This document shows positions 50,590-63,500 of a DNA stretch of 64,000 nt, piece by piece (positions within the stretch are counted from its first letter, which is position 1; each line of letters starts with the position of its first letter). This stretch comes from Podarcis pityusensis (Eukaryota). Location: the NCBI GenBank assembly GCA_964106645.2, contig OZ067042.1, one strand, 5' to 3'. The notes below the pieces were generated by a model. That model was not told the DNA's origin. It saw only the letters and a program-made list of their open reading frames with translations, and ran no database searches. Position numbers and translations under genes: made by a program.

Positions 50590-51260
50590 CTGTGATCCAG
50601 AGCAAGCTTAACCAGATCCACCATAAGCCTGGAGGAACAAATTTGTTTTAAGAAGACGACAAAAACTCATCCAAGAACTAACCATCCATGTTTCTAGGGA
50701 AAGGGAGCTCCATTGTCAGGGTGCACTTATAAACAAGAACGTCTTGCATCCCTAAGCAGCAAGCAACACTCACCAGTGGAACCATGAGAAAGGCCCCCTC
50801 CACGGATCTTGGCACCTGGGCTGGCTAGTGTGAGTGGAGACAGGTGGAATACCTAGGTCCACAGTCATTCTGGGCTCTGTATATTAAACAGCAACACCTT
50901 AAATTGGGCCCTGTAACATACAGGCAGCAAGTGCAGAGCTCATCAGGTAGGTGTTCTTACAGGCAGCAACCATTTTGTGGAGGGGTTCTGTTCCTGGTCC
51001 CTGCAAATGCCAGCAGAGTGTGCATATTCCTATTCCACCCTGTTCCCCTTCAACCTCCCCTTCTGCCCTCTTCCAGGTCCAAAACAATGCGTGCGTCAGA
51101 GGTCACGGGTCAGCTGGACGCACGCAAAACGGTCTCCGCCTGTATAACTGCACAGAGAAGTACTACCTAGCCACAGCATTCTGCACTAGCTAGTTTCCAA
51201 ACTGTATATTCAAGGGTTACTCTACATAGGACGGATTGTCTATTTCTGGATGGTCCATTT
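50590..51260 (-). mobile_element. Degraded L2 LINE 3' region with a probable internal insertion (about 50960-51150)
   Basis: aagcctggaggaacaaatttgttttaag, agggagctccatt, gggctctgtatattaaacagcaacaccttaaattgggcc and gccacagcattctgcactagc are reverse-strand L2 hallmarks. Confidence 0.65.
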
Positions 51261-52583
51261 CCAGGCACAATTCAAGCTGCCATCTGAAGGAAGGAGTGTT
51301 CTGACTGGAGACAGGGCCTTTTCAGTTGTGGCACGCTGTCTCTAGAGCAAAGACTGTCTGGCACAAACTCTCAAGCAATCTTTCCCAGGAGTGCAATGCT
51401 GCAGAGGGGATTTATTTCGTCATTGGTATTTATTTATCCTCTCCAATCTTGGAGATGTTTATGAGACTGCTTCCAAGATTCCATTTTCCTCTCAGATGGA
51501 AACCCAAGAGGCCTAGGGAGGTGGCAGCAGTGTTACTCACATGCTTCTCCCTTGGGTGGGCATGCAAGGGCTTAAAGTTCCTGTAGGTTTATTTCCAACT
51601 GAGTAACTTAGGCCACAGGTGGTATGGTTCCTGTCACAACCTTTAAAATCATTTGTGCTACGGCTTATCACAGCATGTTTCAACAGATTCCATGCATAGG
51701 CTAATATCTGAACATGGTCCCTGTGCTATAACACTACAGAACAGATGGACTTATGCTTTGGCTGTTACTTCCAAGTAACAACATATTTCTTTATGTTAGA
51801 GTTTGATCTGGGTAATTACAGAAGTTCAGGTGTTAAGAAAAAGGAGAGGGATATAAGAGGAAGTGAAAAACAGACATGAAAGGCAAAAGAAGTTGTTTCT
51901 TGGCTAGTTATGTCATATATAACAGAAATAAGCACAAAGGAGACCTTCTAAAGCAGAAGATTTCTCTCATATGTCACTAAGATTGATTTCCTCATATTGC
52001 CACATAGACCCTTTGACCCAAAACCAAAAAGAGCCAAGAACTGTGAAGAATCAAGTGTCTACCAAACATGGCTGTAGACACCAGATGAGCATCACTAAAA
52101 AGATGGATAAAATAATATATATCCATTTAAAAATATTAATTATACAAAGATCCAGGCTTAGTCATGTTTAGAGTAAGACCTATTAATAGTGTTACAATAC
52201 TAATAACTAACTTAATTCACATTAATTTCAATTGATCTACTCTAAGCATTACTAAATCTACAGCCAGGTCCAGTATCTCTTTTTAAAGCATAATCTGGTT
52301 TTTAAAAGAATTCTGAATGCCATACAAACATGATAAAATGCATTTATATAATCTCATAAAACTCAGTCATGAACATCTATAAAACCTAGTGAATATAGGG
52401 CTGAGTTTCTTTTTGTTTTAATGTAAAAGAGCACAGATAAATGGTGAAGTCAATTATTATTGAATTATATTTATTTTGATGTGCTCCTAGTGGCTCCAGG
52501 GATGTCGTAAGGTTGAGATACCAGGGGCATCCATTTGACTCCCCACTTGGATGATCTGTACAGCTCCACATACGGTTACTAAA

Positions 52584-52587
<4 letters not shown>

Positions 52588-52619
<32 letters not shown>
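52588..52619. repeat. (AAT)n microsatellite
   Basis: Read directly. Similar tracts are at 42023-42050 (AAT) and 42535-42556 (TTTG). Confidence 0.95.
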
Positions 52620-52620
<1 letters not shown>

Positions 52621-53507
52621 CAGTAAGTTATAACCAGCCTACTAAAACATTTTATAGGTTCTGTAGGACTCATTTGGGCCACAGCTGGGTAAATGTATGC
52701 TTGTCTCCAGTGCATCAGAATATGTAATCACTACTGGAGGATATTAACATAGAAGAATGGCACTGAGGGAGCATATGCCATAATGTATTAAAAGCACAGG
52801 AAAGCAAAAGCTGAACCACTTCAGGAAAATAGTAAGATTAGCTAATTTAACTTTTTCTAATCATCATATTGCTTAATATTTAATTTCTCCACGCTCAGTG
52901 ATTAAATTGAGCTACTTAATCTCTCACTTCAATTCCCCAAATCCTGTTTTGTGTGCATCAAGCATTTTGTTCCTTTGCATTTTGTTCTGCTGGGGAACCA
53001 CGGTCACATCCCATATGCAAAGCCACATTAGAGTGGTGGACTACTATTACTTATCAGAAATTAATATTTTCCCATGCAACATAAAATTGTTATTACTTAA
53101 TAATTAGAAATATATAAAAAAATCCATGGGGGGATACTTATGTTTATAGAGCTATTTGAATGACCCATTCCATTGCAGGGCTGCAATCTTAAAGATTAAT
53201 GGAAAGAGACTCACTGAAGATAAATGTAGAGCCACTGAGTATCTTTAGAATCACAGTACTCTATGCATCTTTGTCTTTCGCTCACAAACTGTTCACTGGA
53301 GCTACTCTGCTTCCTACACTGTTGTGTATATTGCATTTTGCAATAGTGAGAAAAGGAAGGTTAAGGATATGTCATATATATCACTAAAATGCATTCCGGA
53401 AAATTACGGTATTTACAAATGGAAGCTTGATATTCATAAAAACAGTATGACTGAAACCTAAACATAAGAAGTAAGAGCCATTGAACACAGTAGGATTTAC
53501 TCCTGAG

Positions 53508-53948
53508 TAGAGATGGGGCCCTGAATATGTCCATTTTAGTCACCATCAGCTTCTCATTTTTTTCATTCTTAAGTTCAATTCTCCACATTTTCACATCACT
53601 TTGTGAACTGTTGTTAAAAAGTTCTCATGAAAATGTTCAGGATTTTATTATGAATTCTTCCAAATACACACATTTTTGTATGCAGTTTTGCCTTGTACAT
53701 ATTTTTGCAAAGCAATACTCCCTAATATAATGCATTTTGTGTATTATTTAACTAATATAGTCATTTTCATGCCTGCTTTACCTAGTACATGCATTTTTGT
53801 GTGCATTACTTGACCGAATAACTGCACTGCAAAATTTGGAGATGTGTGAATTTCAAAAGAAGGTTGTGTTTCAACTCATGTATCATTCCAGAAAGAACAA
53901 ATTTGGTCAGTTCACCCATAACTGAATCAAAATTCTCCTCCATCCATG
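53508..53948. mobile_element. Non-autonomous DNA transposon with TAGAGATGG/TAGGGATGG-type termini (hAT-like)
   Basis: tagagatgg start and ccatccatg end. A homologous left-end fragment is at 48848-48985 (tagggatggccaaatctgtcc...ctctccatatttc...ctcatgaa). Confidence 0.55.
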
Positions 53949-55904
53949 CTTCTGAGTAAACATGCACAGAGCTGTGATGTACAGCTACCAACTTTTTCTT
54001 GAAAGACTCCTAAACCGTTAAATGGTACCAAAGGAAATCCATTATTCCCTCACCTCCCACCCTCTCTTCTTCCCCCAGTTCTGCGGATCAAATAGAAGTC
54101 CTTCTTTCTTCAGAGGTGAGAGCAGATGGTGGCTGACGGGTTACAGGAAGGAAAAGTCATGGTGCATCCTTTTTCATTACAGCTGAAAACAGAGCTCCTT
54201 TCCTATAACTGTTGTAGGAAAGCACATATGCGGACCACAAATGGGACCCTCTAGAAAGCTGTGTAAGTTTATTCATGCTCACTCATGTTCAGCAACATTC
54301 CACGCATGGCATGATAGCCAATGCCTTCCCAAAGAGTTCCTTTCTGACCACACAGAAAGCACCAGGCGAACAGACCTTTTCCCCTAGAGAGTCTTGTGTT
54401 GTCTCACTTTATTTTCTCTCAGTATTTTCCCTTCTTTTAAAGATCCTTCGTATTTGCTACCTCCATTCTTGTTCACATTACAGCAAAAAGCCCTTCCTAA
54501 AAAATGTTGTGACTGTGAAAATAAGAGCCCCAAGTCATAAATCCATGAGTCTTGTCTAGCAATGCTCAAGAACTTTGTCCCACCTGTATTTTTAAGTGAA
54601 CCAACTTGATTCGTTCTTCCTGGAATAATATGAGGAGATTGTGTTAGTTACTTGTGATGTCTAAATCAGCCAATTCAAATTCCTCAAAATCCAGATCCCT
54701 GCCTGCTATATACAAGTCCTTGGCTTGTGACTTGATGGTGTTGGAATCTTCTAAATCCCAGAATTCCAACCCTTCCCTGGTTGCCTGAGTTCCATGGCCC
54801 CATTGACTAACTGACCAAAGTTGAAGCATGATGCTACTTTGCAGATACTGTCCTCTCACAGCATACAGCTGATGAGTCTCTTTAACAGCAGGATTTGGAG
54901 CGTCCCACTTCACTAGTCTACAATCTTTTTAGGTCACCATTACCCAACCTTTCACAACATAAGGCTAATATTGAATTTACTAGGAAGATGCATTTGCATG
55001 ATCTTAAGCCTACTACAGTCTTCAGTGATGAATCTGTACCCCTTGATTTTACTTATTTTACACAGGACCCCATATGTGGGACTGCACAGAACTCGTGAAG
55101 AAGAACTGCCAGGATAAACACAGCATCTCCAGGATGCAACTAGCAACTTGAGAGACCGCAGGTGCAATGATGGAGAAAGCTTCAGTCTGAACATCTTTTT
55201 GCCAAAAAGAACATTACATTCCTCTAAATATCTGTGTTGGGGACACAGTTGTGCTTTGGCTATTTGTAGCTGCTTCCATTCATACTTGTTCCTACTCTTC
55301 ATTCTTAAAATGTAACCTAGCACGGAATCCCCATTTCACTCACTTTGCCCAGTGGGACTTTAGTGCACCTTCTCTGTAAGAAGTATTTAGCAAACTTTGT
55401 TTTCTTACTAGACCCACATTTCAAGGATGTGCATCTTGATCCATTTTGCCAGTCCAGTTCATTGATTTTGAAATACGAGCAGGGAGAGGTAGCATATGAG
55501 GCAGCTTTTAGACTAACTGTACCAAAATATAGTCACTGAAGTTAATTGATGAAACATGAGCAGAGAAATGAAAAACAGCAGGCCGCAGCACTGCATTAAA
55601 TGATTTCAGTAAGAGGTAGGAGGGGGGCAATTTTAAGCCATTAACCAATTTATCACCATGTTCATGCATCACTCATATTCTCTCAAATTCCTTGTAATGA
55701 TCAAATGGGTTGCAACTGACACCACAATGTTTGAAGAAATTTGATAATGACTGGCTCACTTTTCAGTATGTAAATGCCTGCTGAGTTAAAATCCAGGTCA
55801 GTCACCTGCCATGTTTAATTTCCAAAGTTAGAAGTCCTAGAGTGTCCATTAACTCATCATTGTGTTATACAGCCATCGCTGCTGCTGCTGCCGCCGCCAT
55901 CATC

Positions 55905-56395
55905 ATTAAACTATCCGCCTTTCACCAGGGTTAAAACTATTTCGAATTCAGAATGAAAAACAGTTAAAACAGAGTGCAGGTGCAAGAATAGGGTGGGCCC
56001 TGAAAAGACACATTTTAGGTGTCAGAGGCCAGGGTTAAGAAGTACAGTGATACCTCGGGTTACATACGCTTCAGGTTACATACACTTCAGGTTACAGACT
56101 CTGCTAACCCAGAAATAGTGCTTCAGGTTAAGAACTTTGCTTCAGGATAAGAACAGAAATCGTGTTCTGGCGGCGCGGCACCAGCAGGAGGCCCCATTAG
56201 CTAAAGTGGTGCTTCAGGTTAAGAACAGTTTCAGGTTAAGAACGGACCTCCAGAATGAATTAAGTACTTAACCTAAGGTACCACTGTACATCTTCAGCAT
56301 TTGCTGAAAGCTGTATATAAAATACACACCTCTGCGAGTAGCGAAATTCACAGCTTTGGGGCTGCCCCAGAGAATGCCCTCTTCTGCACCACCTC
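55905..56395 (-). mobile_element. L2 LINE 3' fragment interrupted by a MITE
   Basis: gaggccagggttaagaagTA|MITE|TAcatcttcagcatttgctgaaagctgta...ttcacagctttggggctgccccagagaatgccctct. Confidence 0.65.
56045..56286. mobile_element. Tc1/mariner (Tigger-like) MITE
   Basis: TA|CAGTGATACCTCGGGTTA ... TAACCTAAGGTACCACTG|TA with repeated TTCAGGTTA motifs. Confidence 0.92.
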
Positions 56396-57647
56396 CTTAG
56401 AGGAAATATGAATCCAAGTTAGAGGAGATGTGTATGCAATGCCCTTGTAGAAAGGGACACACACTTTCTGATTTATCTTCCAAATGCTGGTATGTCACAA
56501 ACAATACAGCAAAGTTTCATTCAACAATCTTACTATTCCCTGGAGGGAAGAGCACATTTTATCTTGTTCCCTCAAGAACCCTAAAGCCATCTTTCTACAA
56601 TATTTATATTCTAATCTTTCTATGTTCACTTGTAAAAGCTGATAATTAGGAAAGCCTCTTTGATGGTCAGAAGCTGTGCACTATTTCTGTATGCATGGTA
56701 ACCAGATGAATCACTGGCGGCACTAATCCTGTAAGAGTGTTAAAGGTCCCCTGAGACGGTTACTGAGAATGCTAAACCTGCCCTGTATTATGCTCTTTCC
56801 TGCTAATCCCAAGAAAATGAATGTTAATTTCTCATGAAAAGGGGTTAATTATACATTTATTTCTGATTCAGCCATATTAGCCTACTTTTTTGTGGGGGGA
56901 ACACCCAGCTGAATTTATTTCTTCAAAGAATATGTTAAAGGTTGCACCTTAAGCATTCGATCAAACAATATTTACTAAGAAATAACAGCTCTTGGGGGAA
57001 AGAGACAGCATAATGAGAAGTAACAATGATTATCTTAATTTAACTTAACTTACGGTACAATTTAAACATCTTTTGCTTCTTCTCCCTCCCCCCTTGCCTT
57101 TTCTCTTTTTGCTGTAAACCTTGAAGTAACTATTTTTCTTCCACTTTCTCAAACAATAGTTTCAATATTTGTGCAGCTGCCAAGCCTGATCCAAGATATT
57201 GGCTTTTCTTTGGTTCCTTATTATTAAAGTAATAACTTGCACAATAAAACATTGTTCTCTTCTTAAATATGTTACAGAAATTAAATTAAAAGATCTAGCT
57301 GTCTTAAAGGGAAATGGCGCACAGCTCACGCTTTGAATGATTTGCAAAAATTAGCAGATGACAAATGGTTGTAATTTTATTGAGTATCATGAATTGTTTT
57401 GCATTGCTGTTTTGTTTTGCAAAAACCATTATTGAACATTTATTGCAAAGTGAAGCATTCAGCATAGTCTAACAGCCTGACCCTAAACCATTTCTACTGC
57501 CAAAGCAAGGCAACAAACGCAGCATCTTATCCTGGCAACTGGGGCAGAACCTAATTGAGGCTACCACTCTGTACCAAAGAACAGAGGGTGGGTGTCCTGA
57601 CTTTAGTGGAAAGGCATTCTGTGAACATAACGTATATCTATGAAGTA

Positions 57648-57906
57648 CCATATTTTTTGCTCTATAAGACGCACCAGACCACAAGACGCACCTAGTTTTT
57701 GGAGGAGGAAAACAAGAAAAAAAATATTCTGAATCTCAGAAGCCAGAACAGCAAGAAGGATCGCTGCGCAGTGAAAGCAGCAATCCCTCTTGCTGTTCTG
57801 GCTTCTGTGATAGCTGCACAGCCTGCATTCGCTCCATAAGTCGCACACACAGTTCTCCTTACTTTTTAGGAGGGAAAAAGTGAGTCTTATAGAGCAAAAA
57901 ATACGG
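57648..57906. mobile_element. Tc1/mariner MITE with 23-bp TIRs and an internal hairpin
   Basis: TA|CCATATTTTTTGCTCTATAAGAC ... GTCTTATAGAGCAAAAAATACGG|TA, with one mismatch consistent with CpG decay. Confidence 0.92.
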
Positions 57907-58084
57907 TACATATTTACATACTATTATGTTCATTTCTGCACTTACATGGACAAGCAATTAAGCTCACAAGTAAGGTTGAATTTTAAATACAAAAAGGCTC
58001 AGACCCCTTGCACTTGACCCGGAAACTGCTGTTAGCACAGAAAGTTGTAGCACAGTTGCAACAGCATATAGCACCAATGTCCCA

Positions 58085-58535
58085 GAGAGCTGTACTAGTT
58101 GCCCATTCGTTACTAGACCAAGTTCAAGACGTTACTATTGGTTTATGAAGCATTTAATTGTTTGGGACCAGCTTACTTGCAGGATTGTCATATATGCACA
58201 CTCAGCCACTGATACAAGTGCCACAAAATACCCATTTCACAGTTTTAAGAAATCAATATTTTAGAGTGGTTAGACCTGCATTTTGAAACTCCCTGCCTAC
58301 TGGCATCAAGCGCGTGTCTTCTCCATACCCTTCTCAGCACCTGCTTAAAATGTTTTTGTTTAGGCAAGCCCATCCAGACACATGGATGTTGATGCGTTTT
58401 AACCTATCCTACTGTTTAAAACAATTTAAAAACAATTAAGATTAACTGTTTTGTATTGATAATTTTAATATTTCTTGTAAATGGCTTAGCCATTTTACTA
58501 CAATGAAGTGGTATATAAATTTTGTTAAATATAAA
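58085..58535 (+). mobile_element. Degraded L2 LINE 3' fragment
   Basis: ctagttgcccatt...aagttcaag...gtttgggaccagcttacttg...gaaactccctgcc...tgtttttgtttaggcaagcc...gtggtatataaat. Confidence 0.65.
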
Positions 58536-59364
58536 TCCAAAAGAGATGAGGACCTAAAGCTGTTAGTTCTGTGTGAGAAAAGGAGGATAGGTTAGCCCTA
58601 TTATGCACCATGTGTATAGCTGTGCTCCTGCTCTACCCTATCTTTGCGCTGTGCAACAGCTTTGAACATGGCTACAGTACTGCTTCCAGCAATGTAATTG
58701 GAAGTGCCGATACAATTTTCTGAATCTGCTTGTTTCATCAGGACAGTACCATAGGCTGCAATGTTACAATGGTATGGAAGTAATTTTCCAGCAACAACCA
58801 CCTGTGTGCTTGCTCAACAAACCATAAAACCAGATATTTAGACTGTACGCTCTTTTAGAGCAAGACTGGCTCTTCGCTCTATAAAGAGTCTTGTACATCA
58901 AGGGTACTGCATACTGGAGGAAATGAATAGAAGTATAGTGCTTCAACATCAAACCACCGGTTTTTAATAGTTTACAAAGATTGGATAGGATCCTAAAGCA
59001 GCTTACATCAATGAAATGAGAGGAGTAAATGATTTTTGAGGAAAGATTTATAATAAAGATTTATAATAAAGTTTTGCTCTATCAATTTGGATTACAGAGT
59101 TTAGGAAAGATTATTACTGTCATCATAGTCCAAATGTAAAGTGGACAATAATAATAAGGGAATAATATCAAAATTCGACCTAACATGCAATTGACACATA
59201 AATTGACATAAAAAAGATTATTGCCAGAAATGAATAACTGGTAAGTCTAGCTGGACTCTAAATTTTGATGTATTATGTCTCCTGGACAAAAGAGTGGTTC
59301 CTGAGAACTTTAAGGGGGCGCTGGCATTGATTAATTACTGGTGGGGAGTTTGTTGTACTGTCAC

Positions 59365-59455
59365 CATAGCTGTCAACTTTTCCCTTTTCTTGCGAGGAAT
59401 CCTATTTGGAATAAGGGAATTTCCCTTTTAAAAAAGGGAAACGTTGACAGCTATG
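59365..59455. mobile_element. Minimal hAT MITE (91 bp)
   Basis: 24-bp TIRs CATAGCTGTCAAC(T/G)TTTCCCTTTT with one mismatch. Perfect 8-bp TSD ACTGTCAC (59357-59364 and 59456-59463). Confidence 0.92.
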
Positions 59456-59834
59456 ACTGTCACTTCTGCCCCCATGCTACTGGAAACCTCTGTATGGAGC
59501 CATGTGGATGCTTGGGCAAAACACCAGCAGCAAGTTGATAACATGCAGCTCTACCTTTCTTTTCCATCTTCAGATATCAAATGGGCTACGGAATCTGGGA
59601 AGCAGTGCTGGAGGCACTGAATTAGACAAGAACAAACAACGAGGTTACATCAAGGGGAGATAGAGGTGCTGTGGGTAGGGAGAGTGCCAGTTCTGGAATG
59701 AGGACTACAACTGGCATAAGATAGGGCAGTACCTCCCCTAAAATACCTAACCTGAAGTTTGGAAGTGACTAAGAAGCCTACATAACATTGGTAGTCAAGG
59801 GTTTTATCCATTTTGGCTGCTACACCAACCACAC

Positions 59835-60580
59835 CCCTCTCGAGAGGGGTAGACCCAGCCACAGTGATCTTTACAAAACTAGACTATTGTAAAGCACTCC
59901 ATGTGGTGTGCAGCAGTCAGCTTCAACAATATCTGTATTATACCAGTTGCCAGAACATTTCCAGCCCCAATTTAAAGTGCCTGTTTTATCCATTAAAGCC
60001 TTGAACAGTTTTGGCTAGAGCTACTCTCATACCATCCTGCCTGCACACAGAGCACTCAATTGGAGGTCCTCTGGTGTCTCCACCTCCTGGGTCTGTGATG
60101 TAGGCAGGGGTGCCAACTTGAATAAAATATTTGGGGGTCCTGGTAAGCCCCGCCCTGCACAAACAATCACAAGACATGGCACACAAACACACCACTTCAA
60201 TGGCAATGCCCATCAACTGGGGGGCGGCAGTCCCCTCAAATATTTTATTGGAGGGGACCTTGGCTTCTATGGATGTAGGCGACCACAACAGAGGGCTTTT
60301 TCTATGGTGGCTCCACACTTTTAGACCTCCCTCCCAGCAGAACTGCAGTGTGTGAGTACCATTCAGGTTTTTTAGAAGGCCAATTTTTGTGTCTAAATTG
60401 CTAGATGGAGGCTGGAGTATTATTATGCTGCTGTACTTCTGAGTGTGTTTTATTATTTTGAATCTGTTTTATTCTTGGTTTTGGTAATAACTTCTCTTTT
60501 TTATTGTTGTAAGCAGCTTTGAATGGACTTCACCCTCCCCCCAAAAAACAGACACATAATATTTTAAAATAAATAAAAAC
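59835..60580 (+). mobile_element. Degraded L2 LINE 3' part containing a nested hAT element
   Basis: DPATVIFTKLDYCKALHV motif, taaagccttgaacagttttgg, gagggctttttctatggtggctcc, and an AT-rich tail. Confidence 0.7.
60105..60271. mobile_element. Non-autonomous hAT element nested in L2
   Basis: Perfect 8-bp TSD GATGTAGG (60097-60104 and 60272-60279). Degenerate TIRs CAGGGGTGCCAA / TTGGCTTCTATG. Confidence 0.8.
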
Positions 60581-63500
60581 AAATAAATAGGACACTCTTG
60601 ATTCCCCCCACATCTGATAAGCTAAACCCAGTTCCTTTCAACAGAACCACTGTTAATTCCACAGCTTTTCTAAATGCAATATCCAATTTACTAAAAGGCA
60701 AGAGCAAATTAATTCCTTGCATCATCCAACCAACCTTTTCAAAACATTCTTCAGCTTAATATACTATGCATTTTAATTTTTTGAGAAACATTTTTCAGTG
60801 TCTTACTCTTGGGTCTGCAATATATTATGCTCCATTTTCTTCTTTTAAAAGACTCCAAAATGAGTCAAAACAGATTTAGTTTTAGTTCAGAAATCAAACT
60901 AATAGGTTTTAATTGAAAGGAATGTCTGTGGCTGAGGATAGGCAAACAAATGGATTCAGTTCCCCACCCCAGCTTCTATTACTTGACCAATGATCTCTCA
61001 GTAGAATGCCAACATAATATACTATGATAGATTATCAAAACTGACTACTCAGAGCTGTAAATTATTCATTTGAAAGGTTATGCACCAGTGATAACATAAA
61101 TTATAGTTGAAAAATATTCATGTTACATTTTAATAAGCTTTAAAAAATGATTTATCTGCAAATATTTAAAACTAAAAATAATGTTAAGAATTGGAAGAGT
61201 TGTGAGTTTATCTCACTTTTTGAAAATCTCCAGGCAGGTTGATTTTAGAATTCAGGAAAAAACTAATCATTGGCATATTGACTTAAAATTTAATTATTCT
61301 GTCAATCAAACAAAAATAATGCATATATGAATGTATCGGCATCATTACTATAGATGTAATATCAGCCATCATTCTTGCATACTCAATGAATACGTAAAAT
61401 TTATTGGACAGCCTATATATTTCCCCCTTTGTAATTCAGAAGGTCACACACAACCAGTGTAGGATGTAGTTCACTCAGTCAACTACTTTGATGTATATCA
61501 CTAAACTTATTATTTTAATGCATTTGATGGCTGCTATTAATTTAATTCAATGTGTGATCGACTAATAAGACATCTCCCTATATGGGTGTATCCTTTTCTC
61601 TCATTCTGCTTCTATTTCTAAACTAAGACCGAGGATCGAGGATCCACAAACCATGGCTTGGCCACTAACTCTCACTGCCCCAGCCAGCCTTCTTAACACA
61701 TGCAGTTGGTCTGGGAAAATGCAGGAATTTCTCATTTTAGCACTGGAGTATGGAGAAAGAAGGAAAGAGTGGGAAAGACTCCTGTTGTTTTCTATCTCCC
61801 CCACACCTCAGCACAACTGAGAGGAAACTCCTGTTTTCCAACTCCTTGCCACCAACTGCTTCCACTGACAAAGTCCTTTAGGATGTGCTAAAGGTTTAAA
61901 CAAGTAGCAGCATTTCTCTTGTTTTTGCTTCAATTTTGAAAATCTTAGAATCAATCATCAGCTCCTGTCTTCTTTATTTTTTACACTACTCCAATTTTCA
62001 ACATAACTGAAAATATCCCTCTGCCAGACAACAAGACCAGGAGAAAGACAGGATTTAATTTCACCTGCACTGAAGTCTGATACAATAAGGAAGAGGAGGA
62101 GACACAATTGCTGCTTCTCATTTTCTTCGGACCAAAGCACAAATGAGAGCCTGTGGGGAGCTACTGGGTGCCTTTCAGGGACAGTTGTGCTCAGCAAGTG
62201 GGTTTCTGGATTCCTGCTAATGATAGCAGGTTTTCCAGTTCGTGTTCCTGATGGACATGTCACATCCATGACTGAATACGAAGAAATTTAGTCCCAATGT
62301 TATCCTCCAGCCACAATTTACTTTTTCTCCCCCATTGCATTTCCACAACTGCTGACACCAAATGCCTAAGGGGAAAATGGGGCAGAAGGTGACCACTTAA
62401 TCTCTTATAAACTATTAGTTGTTATGATGGTGAATTCAGAGCTTTCCTTCTGTTGGATGGGAGGCAATGCATGCTCATTTATTGTAATCCATTTTGTCTA
62501 CTCGGTAATTCTTTCTAATCAAACATCCAATCTAGTCAGACAACAGCATCCTGACCCAAAGCCTTTCCAGCTGAGAGAAGGGTGTGAGAATTCAGGAAAG
62601 GCCACAGCATTTACTAAAGGAAAGGCTTACCATTCATGTTACTTCTTTTGTAATCAGACACATTTCACCATAAATTTGGTGCATATGACAAGAAAGCAAT
62701 TTGTGAAACAAAAGGCAAGGAAATAAATACCGCTCATTCATTTCTACTGACCTTCTATAGTATGCATTCACTCCCCACCTCCAAAAGATATTCATGTATT
62801 CCTAGGTACAACCTCAGAAGTTCCAGTATTAAGTGTTTTGGTCCAAAGACTTTGTAACAAGTCAACAGCCCTTCCTTTTAAGCACTGAAGTAGAATAATA
62901 GCCTTTAAAAAAAGAAAAAGGAAACCGCACAACGAATAGATTGTGCTAGTTATGCACCATGACCTTTAGTATCATTGTTCCCTTAGTTCCATGGAGCCAG
63001 CAGATTCTCTCTGTGCATTCTGAATTATTAGGCCACATCAATGCATATTTAGAAACACATAATGGCCAGAATCCAGAGTTTTAGATTTTTATATGTAGGG
63101 TTTGCAGTAGTGAAAAGGATTTATACTGTTAGAAGCAGCTGATGAGAAATGGCTAGATAGAAGGCTCTTTGTGATGCTGTATTTCATAGGAAAGTCAATT
63201 CCTGCACTAAGGTGGATTTTTATTTTAAAAAACCTCCGCCGGAATTGCTTTAAACTGAGTCAGACCACTTGCCTGTCTGACCCAACAAAGTATGTTTCGG
63301 ATTGACCGTGAATAAGATGCTGTGGGGGTTCAACATAGGGCCTGCATGAACCAACCTGGTGCTCTGCATCATTCACAATGCTGGTAGACCGAGCTCGGTG
63401 CTTCAAACTGCAGTACCAACCCTGTCACCTGGTTCAGAACTCAACGAGCTTACCTGCAATTGCCAACCCCTGTCCACTAACTTCTATTAAAGTCCCAGCC

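Noticed and set aside
56045-56286. Regularly recurring TTCAGGTTA repeats with spacers (CRISPR-like appearance)
   Set aside because: This is a vertebrate intron. The repeats are short, irregularly spaced and bounded by TIRs and TA TSDs, so it is a MITE.
59042-59070. 13-bp tandem duplication AAAGATTTATAAT x2 (similar micro-duplications at 3854, 11927 and 34675)
   Set aside because: Ordinary replication-slippage products.
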